DNA of 64,000 nt, from contig CM102284.1 in assembly GCA_046563655.1 (NCBI GenBank), positions 6,324,001 through 6,388,000 of the forward strand, written 5' to 3'. The translations under genes were made by a program, and so were the position numbers. Shown here piece after piece: positions 1 through 15,847 of this stretch (its first letter is position 1; every line of letters begins with the position of its first letter). Under the pieces are notes generated by a model. The model did no database searches. It worked only from the letters and a program-made list of their open reading frames with translations, and had not been told where the DNA came from. The stretch is from Yuukianura sp. NJ FZ-2021. Lineage: Eukaryota.

Positions 1-2930
<2,930 letters not shown>

Positions 2931-3522
2931 ACTTCAGCTTCATCGTTTTGAGCAGATTTTTAGAAAATTGTCCCCCCACTTTTTCAAAATGAGAATTCAA
3001 ACTCTTAAGTTGCCGACTGCAAGTTTTGCTTTAGAAATATCAAGCGATTTTAGCTTCTAGTTAATAACGATTGTACGCATTTTTTGAAAAGTTAGATTAA
3101 TTTGATTGAAACGAAAGAGTGGAATTGATTATCAGTTCTATTGTGTGAATTTTTGAAAAACCAATTTCCTTTGTTGTCGTTTCAATTTGTTTGTTTTTCA
3201 AAATTCAAAAAAGTGTTTCAAAAAGCGAATTTTAATTGAACTGCAAGCCCAGATTTCAAAAATCTTTGAAATTTTTGGGTAGAGGAAAACAAAAAAAACG
3301 TTTTAGAATTTGTCTATTGTTGTAATTAATTCGAATTTATTTTGCAGTCGTTAAACTCTTGGTTTTGTACATTACATGATTAATTGAGATATGTTTATTA
3401 ATGTTCATTAATAAATTTATAATGATTGTTTGTTCCTTTGAGCTAACCGATTGATTCAGGAACATCTCTTTTTCAAATTTTGTTTTTTGAAATATCGCTA
3501 ACATTGTTTTTGTTTTAACTTT

Positions 3523-5198
3523 TCAGATTGGTGATCCACCACTGTTGACCTCATTGACCTCGTTTTCTTGATAATCTCGGCGGTGACGGTGACGATGAAG
3601 TCGTTTTCGTGGTTGTGGCTCAGCATTGCGCCGAATCTGATCTTGTACATCATCTTCAATATTTGTGCTGAATACTGCCGTAGGCATTGCCGCAGTATCT
3701 GTTACTGAATCCACCGTAACTGCTACTTGAGCCACAGTAATTGTTGTCTGGCCTTGAGCTGGAGGTGCGGGGTCACTTGATGCTTGACTTGTCGCGGGAA
3801 CTTGGACAGTATTTGGACTCAAAACGTCAACACGATACTGGACTGAAGCCTGGGAAGAATCAGGTTACGTTAGTTCATCAATATTGCCAGCATATTTCGG
3901 TATTTGACCTCATGAGGTCAAATGTTAACCTAACCTGTGGAACTTGTGAGTCCATTTGACCCGACGGTTGAAAAGTTGAACTGTCGACAGTGTAGGATCC
4001 CGAAGTCGGAAGTGCCTTGTCTTTTTTCGGTTTTCGCTTCAACAAAACCCGGTAAAATTCTAAGTTGCGCCAAGTGACATCCCCCTGGGGAAACCGATCG
4101 TCGTCGTCATCTGAGTCATAATCGTCACCTTGGCCAGGTCCTGGTGACTTTTTGAGGAAGAAGACAACGACATAGAGTACAGCGACTGCTGCCAGTGACA
4201 CTCCAATGCCAACGGTTAAGATGGAGCAGAACTTCTTGGATTCCAGAATGATGGCCTTGACTGTTGACACGATCAGGGCATAACAACCACCTTCAGTTTT
4301 GATATTGTTGGCCAAAAGATCTGGATAGACGATGTCACGAACGGAAGTTGTACAGTTGGATTTGGATGAACGACAACAGGATTTTGGAAAAGTTTTTTCT
4401 TGAGGAGACCAAAACGTTTCCCAGTCACGGTATGTCTGTTTTCAAAAAATGAAAACTTAAGTTCGAATTTTAATTTGAAAATTCAGAATTTCAAAATCCA
4501 GAAATGGCCTATTACTTCAACGCCGCAGCAGTGTGCATCCTGAAATTTCAAAAGAGTTTGAGTACCATTTCGAGATTTTATAGAATTTGAAATTTTCAAA
4601 ATTTTGTTTTTACATTTTTCTGAATACTGTCCATCCATGGTGGAACGAATTGCTTGTTCTTGTGAATCTGGCGGCCATCTTGGACTTGTTGATTGACCAA
4701 TTTGAACATTTCCGTTTTGGACTTGGATGGAGCTGCATGAAGTTTGTCTATGACCAGGACGACGTAAATGGCTCCGCCGAGGGCAATGCAGTGTCCAAGA
4801 ATGACCTGTTTCAAGTTTTTTAATATTAAATAAAATTTTGAAATTTTGAAGTTGTTATGTTACTAACCACAAATGCGAGGATTTTGCTCTTCTTTCTAGC
4901 ACGCAGGACTGACCAGAGAGTAAACAGAGCTAACATGGCTGAAAAAATTCCAAGGAAAATCATTTTCCCAAGCGTGACCTGCCATGGCTCAACAATGACA
5001 ATGACAAGACGACGAATCTTGGACAAAGCGTTGTTCAGAGCCACACCAAGTACAGCAGCAGCAAGTATCTGAAAATTAGTCACACTTTTAGGCTTTGCCT
5101 AATCACGATTCAAGTTTGGAAGAATTTAGGAAGCTTACGAAGAGGGCAAATGCACAGAAGCCAGAAAGCCAAATGAACGGTTTGCGTTTTGGACTCAT
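3523..5198 (-). CDS. Divergent tetraspanin with a long C-terminal cytoplasmic tail (~6 exons)
   Basis: Spliced product has four hydrophobic segments, a micro-exon near 4516-4540 encoding 'DAHCCGVE' (CCG motif), 'FPKSCC' (PxSC) and 'EGGC' before TM4. ATG at 5198; intron 3934-3850 joins in frame to the 3523..3822 ORF. Confidence 0.8.
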
Positions 5199-5302
5199 CT
5201 TCATTCTGAGTCAGAACAAGTTGTTGGACAAAAGGTCAGCCAAAGGTCACTCAAATTTTTGAACCATTTGACCAGCATGCAGCAGTGCCACGACAGAAAG
5301 GA

Positions 5303-6267
5303 ATGGGCTTCCCAGAATACTGTTTCAGTTGTTTCATTTTTCAGACAGTTTTGTTAAAGTGTTCATCATCAGAATTACTGTCATGGAGATTTAACAAATT
5401 TTGTTCAGAGATTTTGAAAAAAACATTATTAAAATTTCGATACTGTTTTAAAAGATTCATGAGATCATTCTGAATTGCGTGAAGAGGTTAGATCTCTAGC
5501 ACATTCCGTTCCTGAAATATGAATTTTTAAAGTTTTTGCATTTTCTGAAATTTTGGAAAGAGATTTAGCATTGTGAAGTTTGAGGCTCCTCTGAAAAAGT
5601 GTCCGGAGCTATGCGGAGATTAGGCGACTCAAAAAGGCTCCTCACCTTTCTCAACTTTTCTCCCGCTGGCGGCCTTCCCATACAAAAAGCACACAAGAGC
5701 AAAAGACCTATCTCGCCTCTTCGCTTCGTATAATCTCCGATCTACTTTTCTCCTCTCCCAAAGGCCTCCCATGTAAAAGACTCTTCAAAAACTTCCAAAA
5801 ACACAAGCACCATTCCCATTTTAGAAAATTCTAAAAATTTGCACTTTGTTGCAATTTCTGCAACTCCATCGACCGGTTCAAGTTGCAGAACAGTATTTCA
5901 TATAATTTGGTGCCAAAATTTTGCAAAAAGCGCACTTTCGAAATTTTGTAAAATTTTGAAAAAATCCCTGCTCTATGCATAGGGGTTGTTTCACTTATTT
6001 TAAAAGATTGATTTTTCAAGTATTTCTCTTTTTTCTTGAATCACCTGAAATCATTGATTGAAAGGCGTATGACAAGCAGACAGAAGCAATCAAAGCAGCA
6101 CTTTTCCATGACCTGGATGACATTCAATCCGGAGTGGTTGACCTCAGAAACAGAGTACTGGAGCTGGGAGTTGGTTCAGGCAAGAATTGTTAGAAAACAA
6201 AATTTCAAATTTCCACAAAATCTTCAGAATGTAATTACATTTTGCAGGAAGTAACTTGAAAGTTTGA
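5303..6267 (+). pseudogene. Truncated METTL7-like SAM-dependent methyltransferase fragment
   Basis: Exon 6065-6179 reads 'AYDKQTEAIKAALFHDLDDIQSGVVDLRNRVLELGVGS', then a GC-AG intron (6180-6247) and 'GSNLKV*'. This fits SAM motif I (LExGxGxGxN) and the preceding METTL7 helix. Putative first exon 5303-5347 (MGFPEYCFSCFIFQT). No downstream exons found. Confidence 0.55.
5400..5945. repeat. Dispersed repeat, copy A (inverted relative to copies at ~33.2-35.0 kb)
   Basis: Reverse-complement match to 33605-34160, e.g. 'gtccggagctatgcggagattaggcga' and 'tctcgcctcttcgcttcgtataatctccgatctac'. Confidence 0.9.
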
Positions 6268-6334
6268 AATTCGCATTTGTGTGGAACATGTTACTACTGA
6301 TTGTGCATTTTCAAAGTTTTTGTTGGAAAGAATC

Positions 6335-7060
6335 GCGAAAGAAATTGAAATTTTCATTGCTATAAACTGAACGCCGAGTAAAAATTAAAACTTTTCCTTG
6401 CTCGTTTTGAGATGGAGGGAGCAAGGTTGAGGAAGTAAATATTTCATGTGGCGTGGAGATAAACATAAATAAAAAAAAACTAAACGAATCAAAACGACAT
6501 CGTCATTTTCAAATTAAACTGTTGTTTCGTGACTTCAGAGCTAACTTTTTTGAAAATATTCTAAATGATTTTTCATTTTTTTTAAATTGTTTTTTAAATA
6601 TTTCTAAACCATGGCCTAGAGATTGGGTTTTCTAAAACTTGACTCGCCAATTCAACTTTTATGCCGATCCTGTGAAGCAAATTGAAAACAAGTGACAAAA
6701 AAGAAGATTAAACATAGCACAGATTTACTTTTCTACAATTTTGAACCAAAAATGAAATATAAAATTCAAGATTTGTATAGAAACAATGCAAAATCCGTAA
6801 TTCCATATTTTAACCTTGCTTTGATTGGAAGAAATTGGAAACATGAAAGAAGAAACTGAAATTTTCATTGCTACAAGTCAAACGCCAGATAAAAATTATT
6901 AAAAAACAATACAGGTTTCTTTATAGGCCGAAATGAGAATATTTTGCATTGCGAGAGATCGGGAATGAGATAGGAAAAATACATGGGAAAAAAATCGTCC
7001 TCCTCCAAATAAGAGCTAAAAAAGCATGGTTTCAAATTAAATATTTTATGTGGCGTCGAC
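6335..7060. repeat. Degenerate local duplication
   Basis: 'gaaattttcattgcta...acgcc...taaaaatta' at ~6345 and ~6858; 'aatatt.(c/t)atgtggcgt' at ~6438 and ~7040. Confidence 0.5.
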
Positions 7061-7304
7061 GCTAAAAATGGAAATCAAATGCTCCCAAAATTTGTACGAT
7101 TCAATTAACTAAGTAAATTAATTAAAATTAATACAACCTTCCTGATCTCCCTCTTAAAATGTTTATGTATTTGGAAGCAGAAAGGCGTTGACTAAATTGA
7201 ATTACAGAACAGACCAGTTTGAATTTTGAAATGCTTTGAAATCAGTACTTTTTTTGAATTGAGAACTTAAAATTTTGAAAGTGTTGAATCCGTTTTAGTA
7301 CGGT

Positions 7305-10300
7305 TTAGAGTCCATAATTTGGAGGAAGACGAGCCACTGGAGCTGGATTGACATAAGACAGAAACACTTCTTCGATTTCTTCTTCTTCCTTGTCGCCTCC
7401 AGTCGCTTGATCTTCAATCGCTGCCAATTTCGGTTTTTGTGGAATCATGCCACTGATGATGTTCTTGACGCTTTGAAAAGTTGAAGTGAAGCCTTCAGCG
7501 ACAGTGTCGTAACTCTGGCCCAAATCCAATTGCATGACACTTTGTGCCCCGTAGAGACCACGCGTTTCTTCTGTAGCCAAATGCATCAAACTGTCGCCAA
7601 CTTGACAAGCAGCGTCGGACTCTTCCACAATCTGAAAACAAAATTATGACATTACACATTACACATAACAATTAATCTCAAGTCCTTCAAAAAATTAGTA
7701 AACAGAAGTACCTCTTCAGTAGATTCGGCCACCATAACTGGAATTTCCATGTTAAAGGAACTCAGCGGTCCACCGTCAGAAGTGGACCCACGAACACTTA
7801 AAGTTGAATCTTTTTTCGTTAAATTCGAAAGAGAAATGGACGCCACTTTGTCTTCAGTTCGAATAATCAATTCAATTGGTCCATCAAACTCTCCCATCGC
7901 CAAAGAATTTTTTTCGGGACAAAAGTTTTTGGGAACTGCTGGGTCGCTGGCCAGGTCAATCAGATTTTCAGAACTTTTCTTGGGGTCACTCGAGGTCAAT
8001 GTCTCTTCTTCATCTCCAGATTCACCTTTTTCAGTAACTTTTTCAGAATTCTTGGTCACTTCAACCCATTTGACTTCTGAAGTTTTTTCAGCAGCATCTT
8101 CTTCCATTTCATGTTGTTCTTCGTCAACTTCTTGAATTGCCACGAGCAGAGACTTGGACAGTTGCTGCATTCGACTTCGCATGATGTCTCGGTTTCCACA
8201 ATCTAAGGATTTTTCAAAACAGTTTTTGAAATATAAAATTTGGAAACTAAACTAAAGTTTTTATACTTAAAATTTAAAAGAAATGCTGCCTTACTTTTAA
8301 TTTCCAAACAAGAACGACTGAAGACCTCGAGTTTCGATTGGAACTACGAAAACAAAAATTTGATTTTTATTCAGATTCAAATTATAGAAGAAATTGACTT
8401 CTAAATTGTAAGTGTTTTGCTTAAGTTAAGTGTGAAATGTTTGAGAATTTAGTGTTAATTGGTTCGAACTTTGACAGAGTCCGAGGATTTGACGGCAGTT
8501 GGACGGATTTGGTCAAGAGACGGATTTGGCTGAACTTTGACCTCCGTTGGATCAGGATTGGTAGCGAGGAGTGTTGGGACAGAAGCAGATGAAACCAACT
8601 CTGGGTCTGCCTGTGACTCCTTCGGAGGATTCACAACCTCAACGTGACCTGTGACCTGTACGTCGTCTTCCGACTCTTCATCTTGGAGCCAATTGTTGTT
8701 CATACGATCCTGTTCCTCAATGGATTTCGGCAAGTAAACTTGAGCAGTTGGACTGAATTCGACTTTCTTGGTGCTTGGACTTTCTTTGAGGTTGAGCAAG
8801 TCGCGCTGTGACGTTTTTTCTTTCAACTTCAGCGCTGATTTCTTCTTGGTCGGAAGTGCCTTCTTGTCTTCATCTTTTTTGACACATGCAATTGGGCGCG
8901 GTTTATCTTCTGGCTTGAGCTCTAGGATTAATTAATTGTCAATTAACTTAAGTTTAGTAAAAAAAAATTGTGTTAAAAAAAATCTGTTACTTGATTTTGA
9001 CTCTTTTGGTGACAAGACTTTTTGTTCTGGAGTTTCAACAGGAGTAGCAGGTTGCTCAACAGCGGTGAAGACGACATTCATTTGAGAAGTTTCAGCGATC
9101 ATGCGCTGAATGGCCTTGATTTCCTCTGAGCAATCTTCATCAACGAAGTCTCCCGACGAAATACTGGATCCACTCTTGGCTTTCTTTGGTGAATTGTGGC
9201 TTGAACGAGAATCAGGAGATGATGCAAGTGCAGTCAGCATAGCATCATCATCACCGTCAGTGTCTTCATCAGCGAACAGGTCAGCATAAGTGTTGCGACG
9301 ACGCATTTGAGCGAAGAGCAGCATGTCATCCCCTTCATCATCGTCGTCGTCATCGTCATCACCACGGTATCGCTGTTTTGCCTCCTTTGAGGTTCGCTTG
9401 TTGGCGAAAAGTTCTGTCTTGGTGGCAGATCCGTTTGTAAGAAGTTCACCTCGAGAATTTGAAAAAAAAATTACTTCGGATCGTTGATTTTCTGAATTTG
9501 AATTTTGAAAATTTTATATGAGAATTTACATTTTGATCCGGAACAAAGTGGTGTGAGGAATGCGACGCCCGACTTGGCAAAATTTTTGACCGGAGCGATT
9601 TTCAATGAAAATTCAAAGTTTTCCTGGACTTTGAATGTTTTGATGGCTTTTTCTGTAGTGATGAGTCCTTCACCACGAAGAACAATTTGATTCGGGTTGT
9701 GACGAAGTGACATGACACGACCTTGGAACGCAAGCAGCTTCGATTGTTTCTTGATCCGTACTTCGTAGGCAAAGTTGTTCGCTTCTGAAACAGGGAAGTT
9801 ACCTCAATTTATGTAAAAGACCAAGCCTCGGGATAAAACTTACCGCCGGATGCCGAAGCCACCCAAAATGCCCAAGCTCCATTCGTCTCTCGCATCAAAA
9901 GCGGGTAAAACGCAATTCCCTGGATCATGAGGATTGACGGAATTGCACACATCGGAGCTCCAGTAGCTTTTGGAAATGGAATGCTCATGTTGAGTTCATC
10001 GTTCACAACAGTCAGGTCATGCGTCTAGAAACAATAAGAATATTATATTAAATGAGATTTAAAAAAAGCTATGAATGATTTCGCGCCGAACCTTCATGTG
10101 CTCCAAAAGGTCATTCGGATCAAATACTTTTCGACAAGTAGAGAACGGACATTCAAACGGAGCAAAATCGCAGGAATCTTCATGCAGCTTGATCTGGACT
10201 GCTGGCAGGGCCACGTCACATCCAGAAGTGTGAAAGCGACACTTTTGTACCGTCTTGTACAAAAGTTCTTCAGCGAAAAAGTTTCGAGTCCCAGTCACTG

Positions 10301-11995
10301 GACATCGACAGAGCGGACAGCTTGAGGAGACTAAAAAAAAATAAACAACTTCTTTCAAATTTTCGAATTGCAATGCTGAAGGAACTTTAAAGTTTAGTTT
10401 GTTTTTCTTACGTTTCTTCCGACACGATTCACAAACAGAGTGACCGACAGTGCAAACGTAAATTGGTGGTGAAATGGATTCGTTACATCCTGGACAAGTT
10501 AGGCTGGCGCGCATTTTCAATACCAAACTTTGCTCAGCATCCGAAACACTAGGTTTCTTCGGTTGACCATTTCCGGTACTTCCGCCAGTAGTAGGTGGAG
10601 TACTAGTCTTGCCCTTGAGTGGTAGCTGTCTGGACGAACTCGGAGTACTGCTGCTTCCCACGGATGCCTTTGAAAGTTTTTTGATCGCTGAAATTGCTGA
10701 TGTGATGGACTGAGATCGCTTCAGCGTAGGAAGTGCTGGCATCAACGGGCTCTTCACAACTTTGGTGCCTTTGGCGCCCTTCTTCCCTTCTTTCTTCAAA
10801 TGAAGCAAAGCCTTCTTGTCCTTCTTGGTAGCACCGGTCTCACGGTCCCAGTTTTTACCGTGAATGAAGCGAACTTTGCAAGTGATCTTGCCATTGCTGT
10901 CTCTCATGGCCTTGATGATTTGGTCAGTGAGGACAAGAGCGTTGGCTCCTTTGATGATATCTTCAGGTGGAAGACGCAGAGAGTGAACTGGACCGCGCCA
11001 AATTACTTCTTTGTTAGCCGAAGACAAGATGATCTCGCACGAGTATTTCTTGGCATTCTTTGGTAGTGTCAAAACCCAAGCCCAGAAGTACCTAGAGAAC
11101 GGACAGCAGAAACGTATTGCTCAGCACAACTCACATTATGTGTAGCCTACGATAATCAACTTTGATTTGATTAACTTTATATACTAATGTGGTAAACGAT
11201 TACCAGTTCTTGTCTCGCTGTCGAGTTGCCACAGTGTAGAATTCTTGAGAGAATGTCCGAATACGCCATGGATTATACTCCGTCTTGGCGTCAAAGTGCT
11301 TGTCCTGGATGTCAATTGTAGCAATATGGGTTTCCCCTTCGATAATCTGAATTAATAAAATAAAATTTAACACTGTACAGCTCAGAAATACTTCCGCGAA
11401 TTTCCAGTTTCCAAAATTACGTGAAATCCATGTCGCTCCAAGTGCTGCGCCATTTGTCCAAGACCTACAACAACACAGTGAGAGCTCGGCATAACAGAGA
11501 TTATTAATTAGATAATTCTTAGATGTATCGTTACCTATCAATTCCTGACAAGCCAGTTCTGGACATCTGTAAGGTTGGAACTCGCAGTTCTCTTGATGGT
11601 CCTTCAGAAGAGATCCAAGGATTGTTTTCGGACATCCGTACTCGGCGTACTTGCAAGGAAAGGTCATGGAATTCACGAGCTCTTCTGCGAAGTAGTTGCG
11701 CGTATCTCCATAGTCACTGTAAATAAAGAACCAGTCAATTCATAACTTGGCAGATTACAGATTCCAGAATTCAACTGACTTACCCTTTGCACAGTGGACA
11801 TTCATGGACCTCTTCGATGCAAATACTGCAAATGTTGTGACCTCTCTCGCATTGGTAGATTGGACTCAGCAGTAGTTCAGTACATACTGGACACTTCATG
11901 CTCTCCATGATGGCTTCCGGTGTCGTCGCAGAAGCAGCGGAGCTCCCAGCCCCAGCCGTTCCAGATTTGGAATTGGTTGTCTTACACTTCTTCAT
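7305..11995 (-). CDS. SINA/Siah-like E3 ubiquitin ligase with two tandem RING-zinc finger-substrate-binding modules and a long acidic low-complexity C-terminus (~13 exons)
   Basis: Module 1: 'CPVCTELLLSPIYQCERGHNICSIC..CPLCK', 'RNYFAEEL..FPCKYAEYGC..HQENCEFQPYRCP', 'YSCEIIL..WRGPVHSL'. Module 2: 'CPGCNESISPPIYVCTVGHSVCESC..CPLCR..RNFFAEEL..CRFHTSGC..HEDSCDFAPFECP', 'FAYEVRI..FQGRVMSL'. Both modules are joined within the open 10059..11072 frame. Confidence 0.8.
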
Positions 11996-12380
11996 CGCAA
12001 GATTTCGACAATTTTGGACTCAATTCAGTAATTAGGTTAATTCGGTAACTGATCAAACACAGAACTGTCGACTGACAGAGCAGCAGACGTACTAAAAAAC
12101 TGACCGATAAATGTAGCAGAGAGAATGTTTCTCACACTCACTCTCAGCTGACTTGGGGTCAATGGCCTGTGCAAACTTGTTTTTGCACAAAACACCGCTA
12201 GAAGCCTCTCCATCCTCAATAGTGAAGTCATCGCCGTCGTCAAGGTAACATAAATTTTCGCGAAATCAGTTCCATGTTTTTTCTTCTTTGTATTCTGCTA
12301 AAAAAGTACGATAAACTTTGACCTCTCACGTTCGTTTATATTTTAGAGATTTTGGTTCATCGACAACACGACAACACACA

Positions 12381-15300
12381 ATGGAACCCCTGGAAGACTC
12401 TGGTATTGTCGTTTTCATTACGAAGAAGTCCAAATCATCGACAACATTAGACGGAGTCACGAAACGCTTATCCGTAATAAGTATTCATCATTTTCGTAAC
12501 TTTTCACGTGGTTTAGTATAAAGCCTAATTGAATTCGCCCATTTTCATGATTTTTTTTTGCAGGATACGTTAGGAATTCTTGGTATCGAGCGATACATCT
12601 TGCTTCTGGATTCCTTTGTTCAAGAATTGCTAGGACCGAAGACGACAACCGTAAAGTCGTCTGTTCAGTTTCCAATACTTGAACCCTTGACCTGTTCCAA
12701 CTGGAAACATCGTTACCGCCGAAGGTCAATAGCAGACCATGAAGAACGGGAGGTCAAGCACTCTGTCCTGCATGCCCACATAAAGAAAGTTTGCGAAAAG
12801 CATGGACAACAATCTCCTTGGGTTCTGCTCGTCGAGTATTCCGAAACACGGTTTGACCATGCCGGACTGCAAGAATTAAGCGAAAAGTTTAGCTTCTCGG
12901 TGCATTGGTTTGGTTTGACCGATTCAAAGACCAAAACGCATTCCAAGTTCCAGTCCATCATAGCCCAAGTGTTGCAGCTGAAGAATTCTACACAAATCAG
13001 CAAGTAAATCAAACTTTTTAATTAGCACGATGCACGAAAGACTAAAGATTGATAAGTGTAAAAGCTTTGTTTTTAATGATAATGATATAGGAATCAGCAG
13101 TGTCTTGAAACTGTACATAAGAACAAAGAACCTTTCGATTCCCTCAACTCCGGACAGACGTCACGGTGCGATTTGGACTCCAGGTTTGATGTCACTCTGA
13201 CTCCACCGCCGCGGTTTCGCGAAGACAACGACAACGACGGAGCCAAGTACAAAAGTTCTGCCTCTTACACTTCGTTTCCAGAGTCTGAGGATGAACGAGC
13301 GGCAGAAAGCGAAATCGAGTAAGCTTGTACGAAAACGAATTGTTTTCACAAAAATCACTCAAAATCTGTGGTGCAATGTTTTGAAATCAACCAAACCAAA
13401 ATTTTAGAAAAAAACAATTTTTCTACGAAATTTTAAAAATTTCAGCTTTGATAATGAAGTTCTGGAAGCTGCATTGGATTTTTCAAAGCGTCTTCCAGTC
13501 CCAAGTTTGAAGCGCTACATGGACATCGCCAATAGAAATCCAAGTAACAATATTCGACAGTCTTTTCCTGTTTTCGTTGCTCTTGTGCGTGATTTGTCTT
13601 CGGGTCGTACCAGCCATTTATCGCTGCTGCTAAAGGTGTGTTCAGTTATTCTAAATTTTCAAAAAATTGCTTTCAATAGTGAGAACTTAAATTCTGAACA
13701 GTAACACTTTTGTGTTTGAAATTTAGAGAACTCTGCAGCGCAAAGGAATCAAATGCCAGCGACTCGTTGTGTCGACGTTGTTTATCCAGGCCAAGGCAAT
13801 TGAAATTATGAAACACTTTGGAGCTACTGGAGGCGGCAGCGTCGGAGCTGATCTCAAGACTGTACTTGGTAGTGGCTGTTTTTTCCTTGTTCTAAATGTT
13901 CTCCATTTCAAATTATCTGAGGAACATCGTTCTCCTTTGGTCATCATCTTTGACCTGGAGGACGAAAAATACGTTCGGCTACACAAAGTTTTGGATTTTT
14001 GTGAGAAAGTTGGCCAGAAAGTTGTCGTTTTAGAAAAACGGTTCGATGGATCCTTTGAACAAAGTTTTAGAACCACTTGCTCTAAAATTCAGAGGGAATG
14101 TTGTTGTCGAAGGGGAAGTAGGAAACGGATAAGGAAATTGAAACTGTAAGTTCAAAATTCTTCAAAAACTTTTTTGGAAACGTTTAATTTTTTTTTCTGT
14201 TTTAAGTCCGAAATTCAACTTCGCATTCATCAAAGAATTCCTTCCGGCGAACTCCAATGTCAAATTCTACTTGACCCATGACGAACCCAGAGTTGAAGAA
14301 CGGACTAATGCATCTAATGCATGCGGCTCGGACTTGAGTCATGTCATGGAAGCACGATCAAGTTTGGCTTCCGAAGTATCCGTCGATATCAACAACAATC
14401 GACGCAACAGAGTCCATCAAAATGAAAATTCAGCCAAAACGTTGGGCAGACGACTTGTTAGTTTCATTTTTGAACGGAAAGCTTCCAAGACTGTGACCAA
14501 AACCACACCCAGCCCCGCTTGCAACGTTGGACACGAGGTTAAAGAGTCCTTTGGAGTTGAAGAATTGAAGTCAATTTTCAGCAGAGGAAACAAAATGGCG
14601 CCAAAAAATTTAGTCGTTCATGCAATCCAAGCAGGAGGAAGTCAAACATTTCAGTCTGAGCTGCAAACCCGAAGTTTGGCTACCGACTCTGCCGGACTTC
14701 AAGGAAGTCTTTCACCGAAACCAAAACCGAACGATCCTAAGCCACCGGAATCCAAAATTCCAGAAAAACTTCCTGGATTGGATGAAAACATGAATGAAAT
14801 TCGCGACACGCCAGGATTTAAAATCATGTCCATTGTTAGTACGTCAAGCACTGAAAGCTCCATTTCAGGTAACTATCAATATTCTTGTTATGTGGAAGGT
14901 CATGAACCGACGTTAATCTAACTTCGTTCCAGATGAGTACAAGATTCCAACAAAACCAAAGGAAGTGACAGCTATTACACAAGATGTCCATGTCCAAGTT
15001 CAGATCACGAAGATTGAAAATACTTCGGAGGAAAAGACATCGTCGAAGGAAATTGAAAATCGTTTAACGATTGAGGGACTTTCAGCCTTACCGATTCCGA
15101 TAGTCGCTCAAACTTGGAACGACATTGAAGATTATGTGCCAGGACGAACACAGGGTCTAAGTGCAGCTGCTGCTGCGGCTGTCGTTGACAGCAGTGATCG
15201 AAAAGTTAGCCTCATCCAGATTTGTCGCTTACCCCCAAGGTCAGTGTCTCTTACTTCAAATCATGTGTAAATCTTTGTAGTAATCGTTCGCTAAATATCG

Positions 15301-15739
15301 CTAAAAATCGCTAAGTATTTTAGAAAGCGACGGAGGGTTGATGCTGGAAGCAATTCCAGCGATGACGCTTCGTTATTCAAAGGTTGGGTCGGAATTCCTC
15401 GGCAGGTCATCAGCAAGAAGCAAAAAGACGGAATTATTTTAAGGTAATGTAATTGAACATGATCAATTAAAGTCCAGATTTGCTAATTCTTGATTTTTTT
15501 TATCCAGAATTTACACTTGGTGTCAAAATTTTATATGCGGACCGATTAGAAACGCTTTCAGGAAAAGCAGCCGTGGCAATAATGCTAAAGTCACTCCTAG
15601 TCAATTAATCCGAAGGAACTGGACACATTCTGGTGAACCTCCTCGGGGAATTGTTCGACGACGTCGTAACAGCGACATGGTTACTGCCACCACCAACCCA
15701 GGTGAAAATATGACCATATCTCAACGTAGAAGTCGATGA
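12381..15739 (+). CDS. Uncharacterised multi-exon protein (~9 exons), no family recognised
   Basis: Chain of open frames bounded by GT-AG introns (12558..13007, 13769..14149, 14271..14921, 14965..15270). The last exons splice in phase ('PPRKRRRVD...IILRIYTWCQ...QRRSR*'); TGA at 15737-15739. Confidence 0.65.
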
Positions 15740-15847
15740 CCTCGGGGTGACCTACTTCAGAAGTCTCTTGGAGAAAGCGAAGCTACTGTGACCACACCCA
15801 CTTTCCAGGGCCATCAAGTGTCGGCGAGTTGGAACTTCTTATCTTGC

